A stretch of 64,000 nucleotides of DNA, taken from NCBI GenBank assembly GCA_021787445.1, contig JAJYLV010000002.1:6340-70339 (forward strand). The letters are read 5' to 3'. Positions 10,248 through 21,171 of the stretch are shown in pieces. The first letter of the stretch is position 1. Every line of letters starts with the position of its first letter. The notes below the pieces were generated by a model. It ran no database searches. It was given only the letters and a program-made list of their open reading frames with translations, and was not told the DNA's origin. Made by a program: the position numbers and the translations under genes. This DNA comes from Chloroflexota bacterium (GTDB lineage Bacteria > Chloroflexota > Limnocylindria > P2-11E).

Positions 10248-10888
10248 AGCGCACCCTTCGTCGCGCGGCGTCGCTTCGTCCGGCGCCGCACGACGACGGC
10301 GATCGACGCACCGACCGCGAGCTCGTGTACGCCGCGCGCGTCGGGGAGGAAGCCGCCTTCGACCTCCTCTTCTATCGCTACCGCGACGGCGTCTATCGCC
10401 TCTCGCTCGCCATCACGAAGGATCCTCAAGCCGCGGAGGAGGTCGTCGTCGACACGTTCGCGCGCGCGTATCACGCGCTCGCGCGCCTCGAGCCGGACGA
10501 CACGCTGCGCCCGTGGCTCTACCGAGTGGCGATCAACGAGTCGTACGATCACCGGCCGCGCGGCGTCGCCCAGACGCCGCTCGACCTTGCCGAAGAGCTC
10601 GCGATGCCCGACGACGGATCTCCCGCGCGGATGGCCGAGCGCGCGGAGGAGCGCCGTGTCGTGCTCGCCGCGGTCGGGGCGCTGGATGAGAAGCACCGCG
10701 CCGTCGTCGCCCTGCACTACCTCGGCGACCTGCCGCTGGCGGAGATCGCGCTCATCGTCGGGGCGCCCGTCGGGACGGTGAAATCGCGCCTGCACTACGC
10801 CCTGCGGACGTTGCGTGTGCATCTTGCGCAACATCCGGGCCTCGCGCTCGAACCGGATCGGCCCTCGGCGGATATGGGAGAGAAGTGA
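10244..10888 (+). CDS. ECF-family RNA polymerase sigma factor
   Basis: WLYRVAIN region 2; EIALIVGAPVGTVKSRLHYA region 4. Confidence 0.92.
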   Translation: MKRTLRRAASLRPAPHDDGDRRTDRELVYAARVGEEAAFDLLFYRYRDGVYRLSLAITKDPQAAEEVVVDTFARAYHALARLEPDDTLRPWLYRVAINESYDHRPRGVAQTPLDLAEELAMPDDGSPARMAERAEERRVVLAAVGALDEKHRAVVALHYLGDLPLAEIALIVGAPVGTVKSRLHYALRTLRVHLAQHPGLALEPDRPSADMGEK

Positions 10889-11367
10889 GGCAGGACACGC
10901 AGCGCCTCGCCGAGGACCTCGCGGTCGAGGCCGCGCTCCGCGACGCGTTCGCGCCCCTGCGGGCGCGACGCGCTCCGGTCGGACCGCTCCGCGTGCGTGC
11001 CGCCGTCCGCTGGGGACGGGGGTCCGGCGCCTCCCCGCTCCCCTGGACCGCGGCGATCGCGCGCCTGTCGGAGCTCTCGGTCGCGGTCGGGATGAGCGTG
11101 ATGGTGTTCATCGCAGCCTTCGGGACGCCGGCGACGCCCGCCGCCACGCAGACCGTGGACGAGGCTTCGGATCCCGCGATCCATCCCGTGCCGCACGTCT
11201 CGGCCCCGGTCGACGACTCGTACTACATCCGGTGGCTCCGTCTCGACCGGTACGTCCCGATGCAGGACTGGCTCGACCCCTCCGTGGTCCGCATCTCGCC
11301 GCTGCCGCCGCTCCGGCGCGTCGAGCCGCCTCCGCCCGCCCCGATCGAGCCGGACCGCCCGTACTGA
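10885..11367 (+). CDS. Putative single-pass membrane anti-sigma factor
   Basis: Coupled to the ECF gene (GTGA overlap); central TM segment SVAVGMSVMVFIAAFG. Confidence 0.55.
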   Translation: MRQDTQRLAEDLAVEAALRDAFAPLRARRAPVGPLRVRAAVRWGRGSGASPLPWTAAIARLSELSVAVGMSVMVFIAAFGTPATPAATQTVDEASDPAIHPVPHVSAPVDDSYYIRWLRLDRYVPMQDWLDPSVVRISPLPPLRRVEPPPPAPIEPDRPY

Positions 11368-11386
11368 TCGGAACGCGGCGCGGCGC

Positions 11387-12949
11387 GTGAGCGCGCGCCT
11401 CGTCGCGGTCCTCGCCGGCGTCATCGTCCTCCTCTCGGCGTGCGCACCGGCGCCGACGGCTCCCGCGACGCGTGGACCGCTCGTCATCGGGATCGTGGGC
11501 GACCCGGCGTCCCTCCTCGAGGACGACGGCGTCGGATCGGTCATCGCCGCGCTGGTCACCGAGCCGATCGTACGGCTGACGGCGACGGACGAGCTCGAGC
11601 CGCGGCTCGTCGTGTCCATCCCGAGCTTCGCGAACGGCGACCTGCGCATCGTGCAGGACGCGAGCGCGCCGACGGGACGGCTCGTCGCGACCTTCCACCT
11701 CCGGGAGGGGCTCCGCTGGCAGGACGGCGCGCCGATCACTGCCGACGACGTGCGCTTCGCGTTCGACCAGGACCGTGTCGCGGCCGTCGGGACGCAGACG
11801 CGAACGCGCGCCGATCGGATCGAGCGGATCGATGTCGTCGACCCTCACACGTTCCGCGTCGCGTACCGCGCGGGGGAGCGCTGGGACCAGTGGGCGCTCG
11901 GGCCCCGCATCCTCCCGCGTCATCTGCTGGAAGGCGCGAACGCGCAAGCGCTCGCGCGGTACGCGAGCATGCCCGTCGGCGCGGGCCCCTACCGCATCGT
12001 CTCGCGGGCGCCCGGGCGCATCGACCTCGAGGCGTTCCCCGGCTACGTCGGAGGCCGTCCGTCGATCGAGAGGATCGTCGTACGGTCGTTCACGGACCGC
12101 TCGTCGCTCCTCATCGCGCTGCGGTCCGGCGAGGTCGACGTCGCGCCATATCCCGACTTCGACGCGGACCTCTACGCGACGCTCGATCGCAGCCTCGACG
12201 CCAAGACGCAGCAGGTCCTCTACACCCCCGCGGAGATGGTCGCGATGCTGCGCTTCGGCGGTCGGCTCGATGAGCCCGCCATCCGGCGCGCGATCTCGCT
12301 CGCCGTCGACCGCGAGCGGATCGCGCGGACGGTCTTCGGCGGGCGCGCCCGCATCCCCGACAGCTACCTCGTCGCGCCGCTGTGGGCGGCGACCGACGTC
12401 CCCGCGCAGCCGCGGGTCGACGTCGCCGCGGCGCGCGAGCTGCTCCTCGGCGCCGGGTTCCATGCCGGCAACTTCGGGATCATGGAGCGCGGCGCCGAGC
12501 GTCTCGTCGTGTCCCTCCTCGTGCCGCCCTCGCCGGCGCTCGAGGACGCCGCGCGCGGCGTCGCGTCCGACCTCGCGGCGATCGGGATCGCGGCCGACGT
12601 CACGCAGCTCGCCGAGACGGAGGTCGAGCGCCGCGTCACGCAGCGCGACTTCGATCTCGCGCTCGTCCTCGAGCCGGCTGACGACCCGCTCGTCGCGACG
12701 GCCCGATACCGCGGGCTCGTCTCGCCGTGGTTCGACGTTCTCGCGCAGGCGGCACGCGAGGCGAGCGATCGCCAAGAGAAGAAGGTCCTCTATCTAGAGT
12801 GCCAACGGCTGTGGTCCGAGGCCGCAGTGGCCCTGCCTCTCTATCAAGCACTGAAGGTCGATGTCGTACCCGCGCGGCTGCAAGACGTTCATGCCGCGTC
12901 GCACGGAGCTCCGATCACCTGGAATGCGGGAGAGTGGCGCCTCCCCTGA
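11387..12949 (+). CDS. Peptide ABC transporter substrate-binding lipoprotein (family 5)
   Basis: Lipobox LSAC; FHLREGLRWQDGAPITADDV and PVGAGPY motifs. Confidence 0.88.
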   Translation: MSARLVAVLAGVIVLLSACAPAPTAPATRGPLVIGIVGDPASLLEDDGVGSVIAALVTEPIVRLTATDELEPRLVVSIPSFANGDLRIVQDASAPTGRLVATFHLREGLRWQDGAPITADDVRFAFDQDRVAAVGTQTRTRADRIERIDVVDPHTFRVAYRAGERWDQWALGPRILPRHLLEGANAQALARYASMPVGAGPYRIVSRAPGRIDLEAFPGYVGGRPSIERIVVRSFTDRSSLLIALRSGEVDVAPYPDFDADLYATLDRSLDAKTQQVLYTPAEMVAMLRFGGRLDEPAIRRAISLAVDRERIARTVFGGRARIPDSYLVAPLWAATDVPAQPRVDVAAARELLLGAGFHAGNFGIMERGAERLVVSLLVPPSPALEDAARGVASDLAAIGIAADVTQLAETEVERRVTQRDFDLALVLEPADDPLVATARYRGLVSPWFDVLAQAAREASDRQEKKVLYLECQRLWSEAAVALPLYQALKVDVVPARLQDVHAASHGAPITWNAGEWRLP

Positions 12950-13037
12950 TGAACTTCGCGCGACGAGGTCCGGTAGTGGTCGAAAACCGCCCCTCGCATC
13001 GGTACCTCGCTCACACGGGAGCCGCGAACGCTCTGCG

Positions 13038-13043
13038 TAGAAT
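13038..13043 (+). promoter_or_regulatory. Putative -10 box (TAGAAT) of the oppA leader
   Basis: TAGAAT about 130 nt upstream of the oppA ATG. Confidence 0.55.
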
Positions 13044-13060
13044 GCGGCTCGTCCGTTCGT

Positions 13061-13156
13061 GGCTCTGGAGAGAGGAAAGGGAAGGTGACCTCGTCTTCGC
13101 GACGGTGCCGACGGACACCCCCACTGCTCAAGGCGGCGCTTCGGCGCCGAGAAGTC
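13061..13156 (+). ncRNA. Glycine-riboswitch-like aptamer (variant)
   Basis: CTCTGGAGAG ... GCCGACGG ... CTGCTCAAGG in the order of the glycine aptamer motifs, but with substitutions. Confidence 0.4.
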
Positions 13157-13171
13157 ACAAGGAGGGAGCGC

Positions 13172-14872
13172 ATGACCCCACGCGTGAAGGCCCCGTGGTC
13201 GCTCGCGGTCGCGTTCATGGCGATCGCCCTCGTGGTCACGGCGTGCCAGGCCCAGCCCGCGGGAACGACCGCGTCGCAGACGCCCGCCGGCGATCAGGCG
13301 GACCCGAACGGCGAGCTCGTCACCAATATGGGCGCCGAGCCGGACACCATCGACCCGCAGAAGGAGTCGTTCGTCCAGGAGATCGGAGTCACCATGAAGG
13401 TCTTCGAGGCCCTCATGACCCCGAGCCTCAAGGACGGCAAGCCGATCCCGGCGGCCGCGAAGGACCAGCCCAAGGTCAGCCCGGACGGAACGCAGTACAC
13501 GTACACGCTCCGCGACAACCTGAAGTTCAGCGACGGCTCGCCCGTCACCCCGGCCGACTTCAAGTACGGCTGGGAGCGCCTCTGCGACCCGGCGACCGCC
13601 GGTGACTACGCCTTCACCGGCTACATCGTCAAGGGCTGCGAGAAGTGGAACGAGATGGACCCGAAGAAGGCCAGCAAGGCGGACCTCGACGCCGCTCGGA
13701 CGGCCTTCCTCGACAACATCGTCACCACGAACAACACGATCACGTTCAACCTCACCGAGCCCGCCCCGTACTTCAACTCGATCGCCGCGATCTGGGTCGG
13801 CGTGCCGGTCAAGAAGGCCGACGTCGAGAAGGGCGGCGACAAGTGGACGGAGCCCGCGACGTTCATCGGCAACGGCCCGTTCAAGCTGACCGAATGGAAG
13901 CACAACGAGAAGATGGTCTTCGAGCGCAATGACAGCTTCGTCGGCCACGACGGCCAGAAGGCCAAGCTCAAGAAGTGGACGCAGGTCATGATCAACGAGG
14001 GCGCCGTCGCCTTCGCTGCGTACCGCAACAACGAGCTCGACATCTACCCCGTCGCTGCCGAGGACCTCCGGGCGGTCAACGGCGACGCGACCCTCAGCAA
14101 GCAGGTCGTCGACGGCCCCGGCTCGTGCACCTTCTACATCGGCTTCAACAACAAGAAGGCGCCCTTCACCGACAAGAACGTGCGCATCGCGTTCGCCAAG
14201 TCCTTCGACCGCGACCAGTGGGTGAAGGACATCCTCGGCGGCATCGGCAAGCCGGCGACCTCGTTCATCCCGCCGGGGATCCCGGGCTACGACGCCGGGG
14301 ACACGTTCCAGAAGTTCGACCCGGCCGCCGCCAAGGCGGCGCTGGCGAAGGCGAGCCCCGAGGCGACCGCGGCCATCGCGAACCTCAAGGTCACGTACTC
14401 GTCCTCGGCGCGCAACAAGACCCGCCTCGAGTGGTTCCAGCAGCAGTGGAAGAACAACCTGGGCGTCAACGTCGCGCTCGACCCCGTCGACGCGACGACG
14501 TACACGCAGCTCGTGAAGAAGCCCGAGACGCTGCCGACGATGTTCCTTCTCGGCTGGTGCTCGGACTACTACGACCAGCAGGACTGGCTGACGACGGTGT
14601 TCTCGTCGAAGGCCAGCTCGGCGCGCGTCGGCTACGACAGCAAGCAGTTCGACGACCTGGTCTTCGCTGGCGACAAGGAGCTCAACGTGGAGAAGCGTGA
14701 CCAGGACTACAAGCAGGCGTCGGAGCTCCTCTCGCAGGATGCCCCCGCGGCCTTCATCTACTACGACGCGACGAAGCTCCTCGAGAAGCCGTGGGTGAAG
14801 AACTACTCGATCACCTCGCTCGGCTTCGAAGAGGCGCACTTCACCGACGTCTACGTCACCAAGAAGCCGTAA
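13172..14872 (+). CDS. oppA: Oligopeptide ABC transporter substrate-binding lipoprotein
   Basis: SD GGAGG; lipobox VTAC; EPDTIDPQ, YTYTLRDNLKFSDG and GNGPFKL motifs. Confidence 0.9.
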   Translation: MTPRVKAPWSLAVAFMAIALVVTACQAQPAGTTASQTPAGDQADPNGELVTNMGAEPDTIDPQKESFVQEIGVTMKVFEALMTPSLKDGKPIPAAAKDQPKVSPDGTQYTYTLRDNLKFSDGSPVTPADFKYGWERLCDPATAGDYAFTGYIVKGCEKWNEMDPKKASKADLDAARTAFLDNIVTTNNTITFNLTEPAPYFNSIAAIWVGVPVKKADVEKGGDKWTEPATFIGNGPFKLTEWKHNEKMVFERNDSFVGHDGQKAKLKKWTQVMINEGAVAFAAYRNNELDIYPVAAEDLRAVNGDATLSKQVVDGPGSCTFYIGFNNKKAPFTDKNVRIAFAKSFDRDQWVKDILGGIGKPATSFIPPGIPGYDAGDTFQKFDPAAAKAALAKASPEATAAIANLKVTYSSSARNKTRLEWFQQQWKNNLGVNVALDPVDATTYTQLVKKPETLPTMFLLGWCSDYYDQQDWLTTVFSSKASSARVGYDSKQFDDLVFAGDKELNVEKRDQDYKQASELLSQDAPAAFIYYDATKLLEKPWVKNYSITSLGFEEAHFTDVYVTKKP

Positions 14873-14905
14873 CGCGGCGCGATCGAAGCGAAGCTGGACG
14901 TGATG

Positions 14906-14938
14906 AAAGAGGGGCCGGCCGCCGGCCGGCCCCTCTTT
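14906..14938 (+). terminator. GC-rich hairpin between oppA and oppB (terminator/attenuator)
   Basis: AAAGAGGGGCCGGCC-GCC-GGCCGGCCCCTCTTT perfect inverted repeat. Confidence 0.75.
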
Positions 14939-14997
14939 CCACCCCCGGATGGCACACCCGTGATCAAGATGTCGCGTACTAGACTCGGATCGGTCAC

Positions 14998-15948
14998 GTG
15001 CTGAGCTACGTCATCCGGCGCGTCCTTCTCATGATCCCGACCCTGTTCTTCGTCGCGCTCATCACCTTCGTGCTCGCGCACTCCGCACCCGGATCGCCGT
15101 TCGACAAGAACGAGAACAGGCCGCTGCCGGAAAAGACGATCGAGAGGCTCAACAGGCTCTACGGCATCGACCAGCCGATCCAGGTGCAGTTCGCGCTGTA
15201 CCTCAACAACCTCGTCCACCTCGACCTCGGGTCGAGCCTGGTCAAGGACCGCACCGTCGCCGACATCATCGGATCCGAGTTCCCCGTCAGCGCCCAGCTC
15301 GGCGTCCAGGCGCTGCTCCTCGCCCTCGCGGTCTCGCTGCCGCTCGGCGTCATCAGCGCGCTGAAGCAGAACACCGGCGTCGACTACGCGAGCCTGCTCT
15401 TCGCGACGATCGGCACGACCATACCCTCGTTCGTCATCGCGATCTTCGCCATCTGGATCTTCGGCGTCTATCTCAACTGGGTCCCGTTCCTCGGCTGGGG
15501 CCGCGGCTGCGGACCGCTCCCGTCCTGTGACTGGAAGCGGATGATCCTGCCGACGATCATCCTGTCGCTCGGCGCGATGGCGTTCCTCACCAGGATCACG
15601 CGCGCGAGCATGCTCGAGGCGGTCCGCCAGGACTACGTGCGGACGGCGCGGAGCAAGGGTCTGCGCGAGCAGGTCGTGATCGTCGGCCACGTCGTCAAGA
15701 ACGCGATGATCCCCGTCGCCACGATCGTCGGCCCGGCGACCGCCGGCCTCATCACGGGCTCGTTCATCATCGAGACGATGTTCAGCATCCCTGGCCTGGG
15801 GCGCGACTTCGTCCTCAGCATCAACCGCCGCGACTACCCGCTGATCATGGGCGTCTACATGCTCTACGCGACGCTCATCGTCATCGCGAACCTGACCGTC
15901 GACATCGTCTACGCCTGGCTCGATCCGCGGATCAAGCTGTCCAAGTAG
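14998..15948 (+). CDS. oppB: Oligopeptide ABC permease
   Basis: PGSPF, QDYVRTARSKGL, IPGLG and RDYPLIMG motifs. Confidence 0.93.
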   Translation: MLSYVIRRVLLMIPTLFFVALITFVLAHSAPGSPFDKNENRPLPEKTIERLNRLYGIDQPIQVQFALYLNNLVHLDLGSSLVKDRTVADIIGSEFPVSAQLGVQALLLALAVSLPLGVISALKQNTGVDYASLLFATIGTTIPSFVIAIFAIWIFGVYLNWVPFLGWGRGCGPLPSCDWKRMILPTIILSLGAMAFLTRITRASMLEAVRQDYVRTARSKGLREQVVIVGHVVKNAMIPVATIVGPATAGLITGSFIIETMFSIPGLGRDFVLSINRRDYPLIMGVYMLYATLIVIANLTVDIVYAWLDPRIKLSK

Positions 15949-16904
15949 TGGCCACGATCGCGCGTCCGCTGACCCAAGACCGCGCGGCGGAGCTCAACGT
16001 CCTCGTCCGCAAGCAGCGGTCGCTGTGGCAGGACGCGCTGTACCGCCTCCTCCGCAACAAGGCCGCGATGGTCGGTCTCGCGATCATCATCCTCGTCGGC
16101 CTCGCCGCGATCTTCGCGCCGTTCATCGCGCCGTGGGATCCGATCCTCCAGCACCCCGACCGGAACACCTACGACCCGTTCTGGGGGAGCCCCCAGTACA
16201 TCGACCATCGCTTCATCCTCGGGACCGACCAGCTCGGGCGGGACATCCTCAGCCGGCTCATCTACTCGGCTCGCGTGAGCATGATCATCGGCTTCGTCCC
16301 GGTGACGCTCATCTTCGTCATCGGCGTGTCGGTCGGGATGGTGGCAGGCTATGCCGGGGGCTGGACCGACCAGATCCTCATGCGCGTCACGGACATCGTG
16401 TACGCCTTCCCCGACCTCCTGTTCCTCCTCATCATCATGGCGACGCTGCGCGGCACGGACGTCGGCAAGTTCGGCGGGGGTCTCCCGCTGATGTTCGTGG
16501 CCATCGCCATCGTCAACTGGGTCGGCATGGCCCGTCTCATGCGCGGCCAGGTCCTCTCGCTCAAGGAGAAGGAGTTCGTCGAGGCCGCGCGCTGTATCGG
16601 CGCGACGCCCTCCCGGATCCTGATACGCCACCTCTTCCCCAACGCCCTCGCGCCGGCCATCGTCGCCGTGTCGTTCGCCATCCCGAGCGCGATGCTCACC
16701 GAGGCCACCCTGAGCTTTCTCGGGATCGGCGTCATCCCGCCGACGCCCACCTGGGGCGTCATGATCAACGAGGGGTTCGCCGTCTTCACGACGTCCCCCT
16801 GGCCGGTCGTCTTCCCGGCCCTGTGCATCGCGGTCGTCATGCTCTCCTTCACCTTCCTGGGGGACGGCCTGCGCGACGCGCTCGACCCGCGGATGAAGAT
16901 CTAG
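15948..16904 (+). CDS. oppC: Oligopeptide ABC permease
   Basis: LGTDQLGRD, EFVEAA, EATLSFLG and GDGLRDALDP motifs. Confidence 0.93.
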   Translation: MATIARPLTQDRAAELNVLVRKQRSLWQDALYRLLRNKAAMVGLAIIILVGLAAIFAPFIAPWDPILQHPDRNTYDPFWGSPQYIDHRFILGTDQLGRDILSRLIYSARVSMIIGFVPVTLIFVIGVSVGMVAGYAGGWTDQILMRVTDIVYAFPDLLFLLIIMATLRGTDVGKFGGGLPLMFVAIAIVNWVGMARLMRGQVLSLKEKEFVEAARCIGATPSRILIRHLFPNALAPAIVAVSFAIPSAMLTEATLSFLGIGVIPPTPTWGVMINEGFAVFTTSPWPVVFPALCIAVVMLSFTFLGDGLRDALDPRMKI

Positions 16905-16919
16905 TAGGCTCCGCCGCCA

Positions 16920-18049
<1,130 letters not shown>

Positions 18050-18050
<1 letters not shown>

Positions 18051-19072
18051 TGGCCGCGACCTTCGAGAAGGCCCGCTCGACCGCGACCGCCGACAGCGGC
18101 AAGAACCTCCTCCAGGTGAGCGCGCTCACCATGCACTTCCCGCTGACCCAGGGGATCATCTTCCAGCGCCAGGTCGGCGCGGTGCGCGCGGTCGACGGGA
18201 TCGACTTCTTCGTCGAGAAGGGCGAGACGCTCGGCCTCGTGGGCGAGTCCGGCTGCGGCAAGAGCACGACCGGGCGCGCCATCCTGCAGCTCTACAAGCC
18301 GACCGCGGGCTCGGTGCGCTTCGAGGGAACGGAGCTGACCACGCTCGGCGGGGAGCAGATGCGGCGCATGCGCCGCAAGATGCAGATGATCTTCCAGGAC
18401 CCCTACGCCTCGCTCAACCCGCGGATGACCGTCGGCAACATCATCGGCGAGCCCATCGAGGTCCACCACCTCGCCTCCGGCAAGGCCAAGACGGAGCGCG
18501 TGCAGGAGCTGCTGCGCATCGTCGGCCTCAACCCGTACTTCACCAACCGCTACCCGCACGAGTTCAGCGGGGGCCAGCGCCAGCGCATCGGCGTCGCCCG
18601 TGCTCTGGCCGTGGAGCCCGAGTTCATCGTCGCCGACGAGCCCATCTCCGCGCTCGACGTGTCCATCCAGGCGCAGATCATCAACCTCCTCGAGGAGCTG
18701 CAGGCGAAGTTCCAGCTCACGTACCTCTTCATCGCCCACGACCTCTCCGTCGTGCGCCACATCAGCGACCGCGTCGCGGTCATGTACCTCGGCAAGATCG
18801 TCGAGCTGTCCGACCGCCAGGAGCTCTACGAGAAGCCCCTCCACCCCTACACCCAGGCGCTGCTCTCGGCGGTGCCCATCCCCGATCCCGCGATCGAGCA
18901 GAAGCGCAAGCGCATCATCCTCACCGGCGACGTGCCGAGCCCCGTGAACCCGCCGACCGGCTGCCGCTTCCACACCCGCTGCTGGAAGGCGCAGGAGATC
19001 TGCTCCGAGGTGGATCCGGAGTTCATCGAGCACTCGCCGCGGCACTGGGCGGCCTGTCACTTCCCGGGGTAG
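18050..19072 (+). CDS. oppF: Oligopeptide ABC ATP-binding protein
   Basis: [26 protein letters not shown] and GCRFHTRC motifs. Confidence 0.95.
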
Positions 19073-19167
19073 GTGAGGGTCGAGGCGAAGGACCTCGCGG
19101 ACATCCAGGCGCAGGAGCGCCTCCGCGTCACGAGGGTGCCGCAGCTCGGCTACACGTAAAGAAGTAA
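19073..19167 (+). pseudogene. Remnant of a family-5 substrate-binding protein gene
   Basis: VRVEAKDLADIQAQERLRVTRVPQLGYT* resembles TVDPEQRDDLKKAGTLDFFDVPGRGYT of the downstream SBP; followed by an out-of-frame AAGAAGTAA (KK-stop). Confidence 0.4.
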
Positions 19168-19368
19168 CGCCTTCGGCCTCGACCCGCGCCTTCGTGGCGA
19201 GCGCGGGGCTGCCTGTTCTCTCGCGCGGGCCCCATACCGACGTTCCGCGGGGTAGAGTCTGGGCGCCGCCGCCCTGCGGATCGGGTTTCGGCCAGAAGCG
19301 AGCGATGCACGCCCAGCGCTACCGGGGCGTACGTGGTGTGGCGGCCGAAGGGGACGACCGGAGGGGAT

Positions 19369-21117
19369 ATGAAGGTACGAGAGCGCGTCCTGCGATCCCT
19401 CGCGATGGTGAGCGTGCTGTCGCTGGTCGCCACGGCATGCAGCACCGGCGGCCCGGCCGCCAGCGGCGCACCGAGCGGCAGCGCCGGCGCCGGCGCGGGG
19501 AGCCCGACGCCCGGAGGACGCGTCGTGGTCGGGTCGATCTCCGACGCGAAGGTCCTCAACCCGGTGCTGAGCACCGACGTCCCGTCGGCCGACGTGGATC
19601 AGATGCTCTACGAGCCGCTGCTCACGGTCGATCCGAAGAACGGGCAGCCCGCGCCCGACCTCGCGGAGAAGTGGACGATCTCGCCGGACAGCAAGACGTA
19701 CACGTTCACGCTGCGCCCCGGACTCGTGTGGAGCGACGGCTCGCCGTTCACCGGTGAGGACTTCAAGTTCACGGCCGAGGCGGTCATGCGCTCTAAGACG
19801 AGCGTCCGGAAGAATATCTTCCAGGACATCGTCGGCGCGACGGACTTCGGCAGCGGGAAGGCGACGGACATCTCGGGCATTCAGGTGAGCGGCGATACCA
19901 TCACGGTCCAGTTCACCAAGGCGTTCTGCCCGGCCCTCACCGACGTCGGCGGCTTCGGCATCATCCCCAAGTCGGTCTTCGGCAAGTACATCGTCCCGGA
20001 CGACCCCTCCAAGAACCTGGACAACGCTCCCGAGAACACCAAGCCTCCGGTCTCTGACGGGCCGTTCATGTTCAAGGAATGGGTCCCCAACGACCACATC
20101 ACCCTCGTCGCGAACCCGCATTACTTCAAGGGCAAGCCGCTCCTCGACGAGTGGGACTACAAGATCGTCTCCGACTCGACGGCGCTCGCCGCCTCGCTCA
20201 AGACGGGTGAGATCGACGTCGGCACGGTGGATCCCGAGCAGCGCGACGACCTGAAGAAGGCCGGCACGCTCGACTTCTTCGACGTCCCGGGTCGCGGCTA
20301 CACCTACATCGGGTGGAACGAGCTGCGCGGCGGGAAGGAGTTCTTCCAGGACAAGACGGTCCGTCAGGCCCTGGCGTACGGCCTCAACATTCAGGAGGTC
20401 GTGCAGAAGGTGCTCCTCGGCGAGGGCACGAAGATGATCGCGCACGAGCCTCCCGTCAGCTGGGCGTACAGCGAAAGCGGACTGAACCCGTACAACTACG
20501 ACCCCAAGAAGGCGCAGTCGCTCCTCGAGGGCGACGGCTGGAAGAAGGGGTCGGACGGGGTCTACCAGAAGAACGGTCAGAAGCTCGCGTTCACTCTCTA
20601 CACGAACTCCGGGAACAAGGTCCGCGACACGTTCCAGCAGGTCGCGGTCGAGCAGTACAAGCAGATCGGCGTCGATGTCACGGCGAAGACCGAGTCGTTC
20701 GAGGCGCTCGTCGACCGCCTCACCAAGTCGAAGGACCCGAAGTACGGTGCCCAGGGCGGTCACGACTACGACGCCGTGATCATCGGCTGGTCGCTCGGGA
20801 CCGACCCCGACGCCTACTCCATCTGGGACTCGACCCAGATCAAGGGCGGATTCGACTTCGTCGGCTACAACGACCCGACGGTGGACAAGGCCCTCACCGA
20901 CGGCCGCACGATGTGCCAGCTCGACCAGCGCAAGACCGCGTACCAGACGTTCGACAAGCAGCTCAACGAGGATCAGCCGTACAACTTCGGCTTCGACCCG
21001 AATGAGCTCATCTTCGTCAACAAGAAGTTCCAGGGCGTCGCCCCGGGACCGTTCGGCGGGAACGTGGGACCGGGGCTCGCGATGTGGAACATCGAGAAGT
21101 GGTGGATCAAGAAGTAG
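19369..21117 (+). CDS. Peptide ABC substrate-binding lipoprotein (AppA/DppA-like)
   Basis: Lipobox ATAC; LNPVLSTD, YTFTLRPGLVWSDG and GPFMFKEW motifs. Confidence 0.9.
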   Translation: MKVRERVLRSLAMVSVLSLVATACSTGGPAASGAPSGSAGAGAGSPTPGGRVVVGSISDAKVLNPVLSTDVPSADVDQMLYEPLLTVDPKNGQPAPDLAEKWTISPDSKTYTFTLRPGLVWSDGSPFTGEDFKFTAEAVMRSKTSVRKNIFQDIVGATDFGSGKATDISGIQVSGDTITVQFTKAFCPALTDVGGFGIIPKSVFGKYIVPDDPSKNLDNAPENTKPPVSDGPFMFKEWVPNDHITLVANPHYFKGKPLLDEWDYKIVSDSTALAASLKTGEIDVGTVDPEQRDDLKKAGTLDFFDVPGRGYTYIGWNELRGGKEFFQDKTVRQALAYGLNIQEVVQKVLLGEGTKMIAHEPPVSWAYSESGLNPYNYDPKKAQSLLEGDGWKKGSDGVYQKNGQKLAFTLYTNSGNKVRDTFQQVAVEQYKQIGVDVTAKTESFEALVDRLTKSKDPKYGAQGGHDYDAVIIGWSLGTDPDAYSIWDSTQIKGGFDFVGYNDPTVDKALTDGRTMCQLDQRKTAYQTFDKQLNEDQPYNFGFDPNELIFVNKKFQGVAPGPFGGNVGPGLAMWNIEKWWIKK

Positions 21118-21171
21118 CGGAGTAGGAGCGGCCCGGCGCCGGGGCACCCCGGCGCCGGCTCCGCCATCGCC

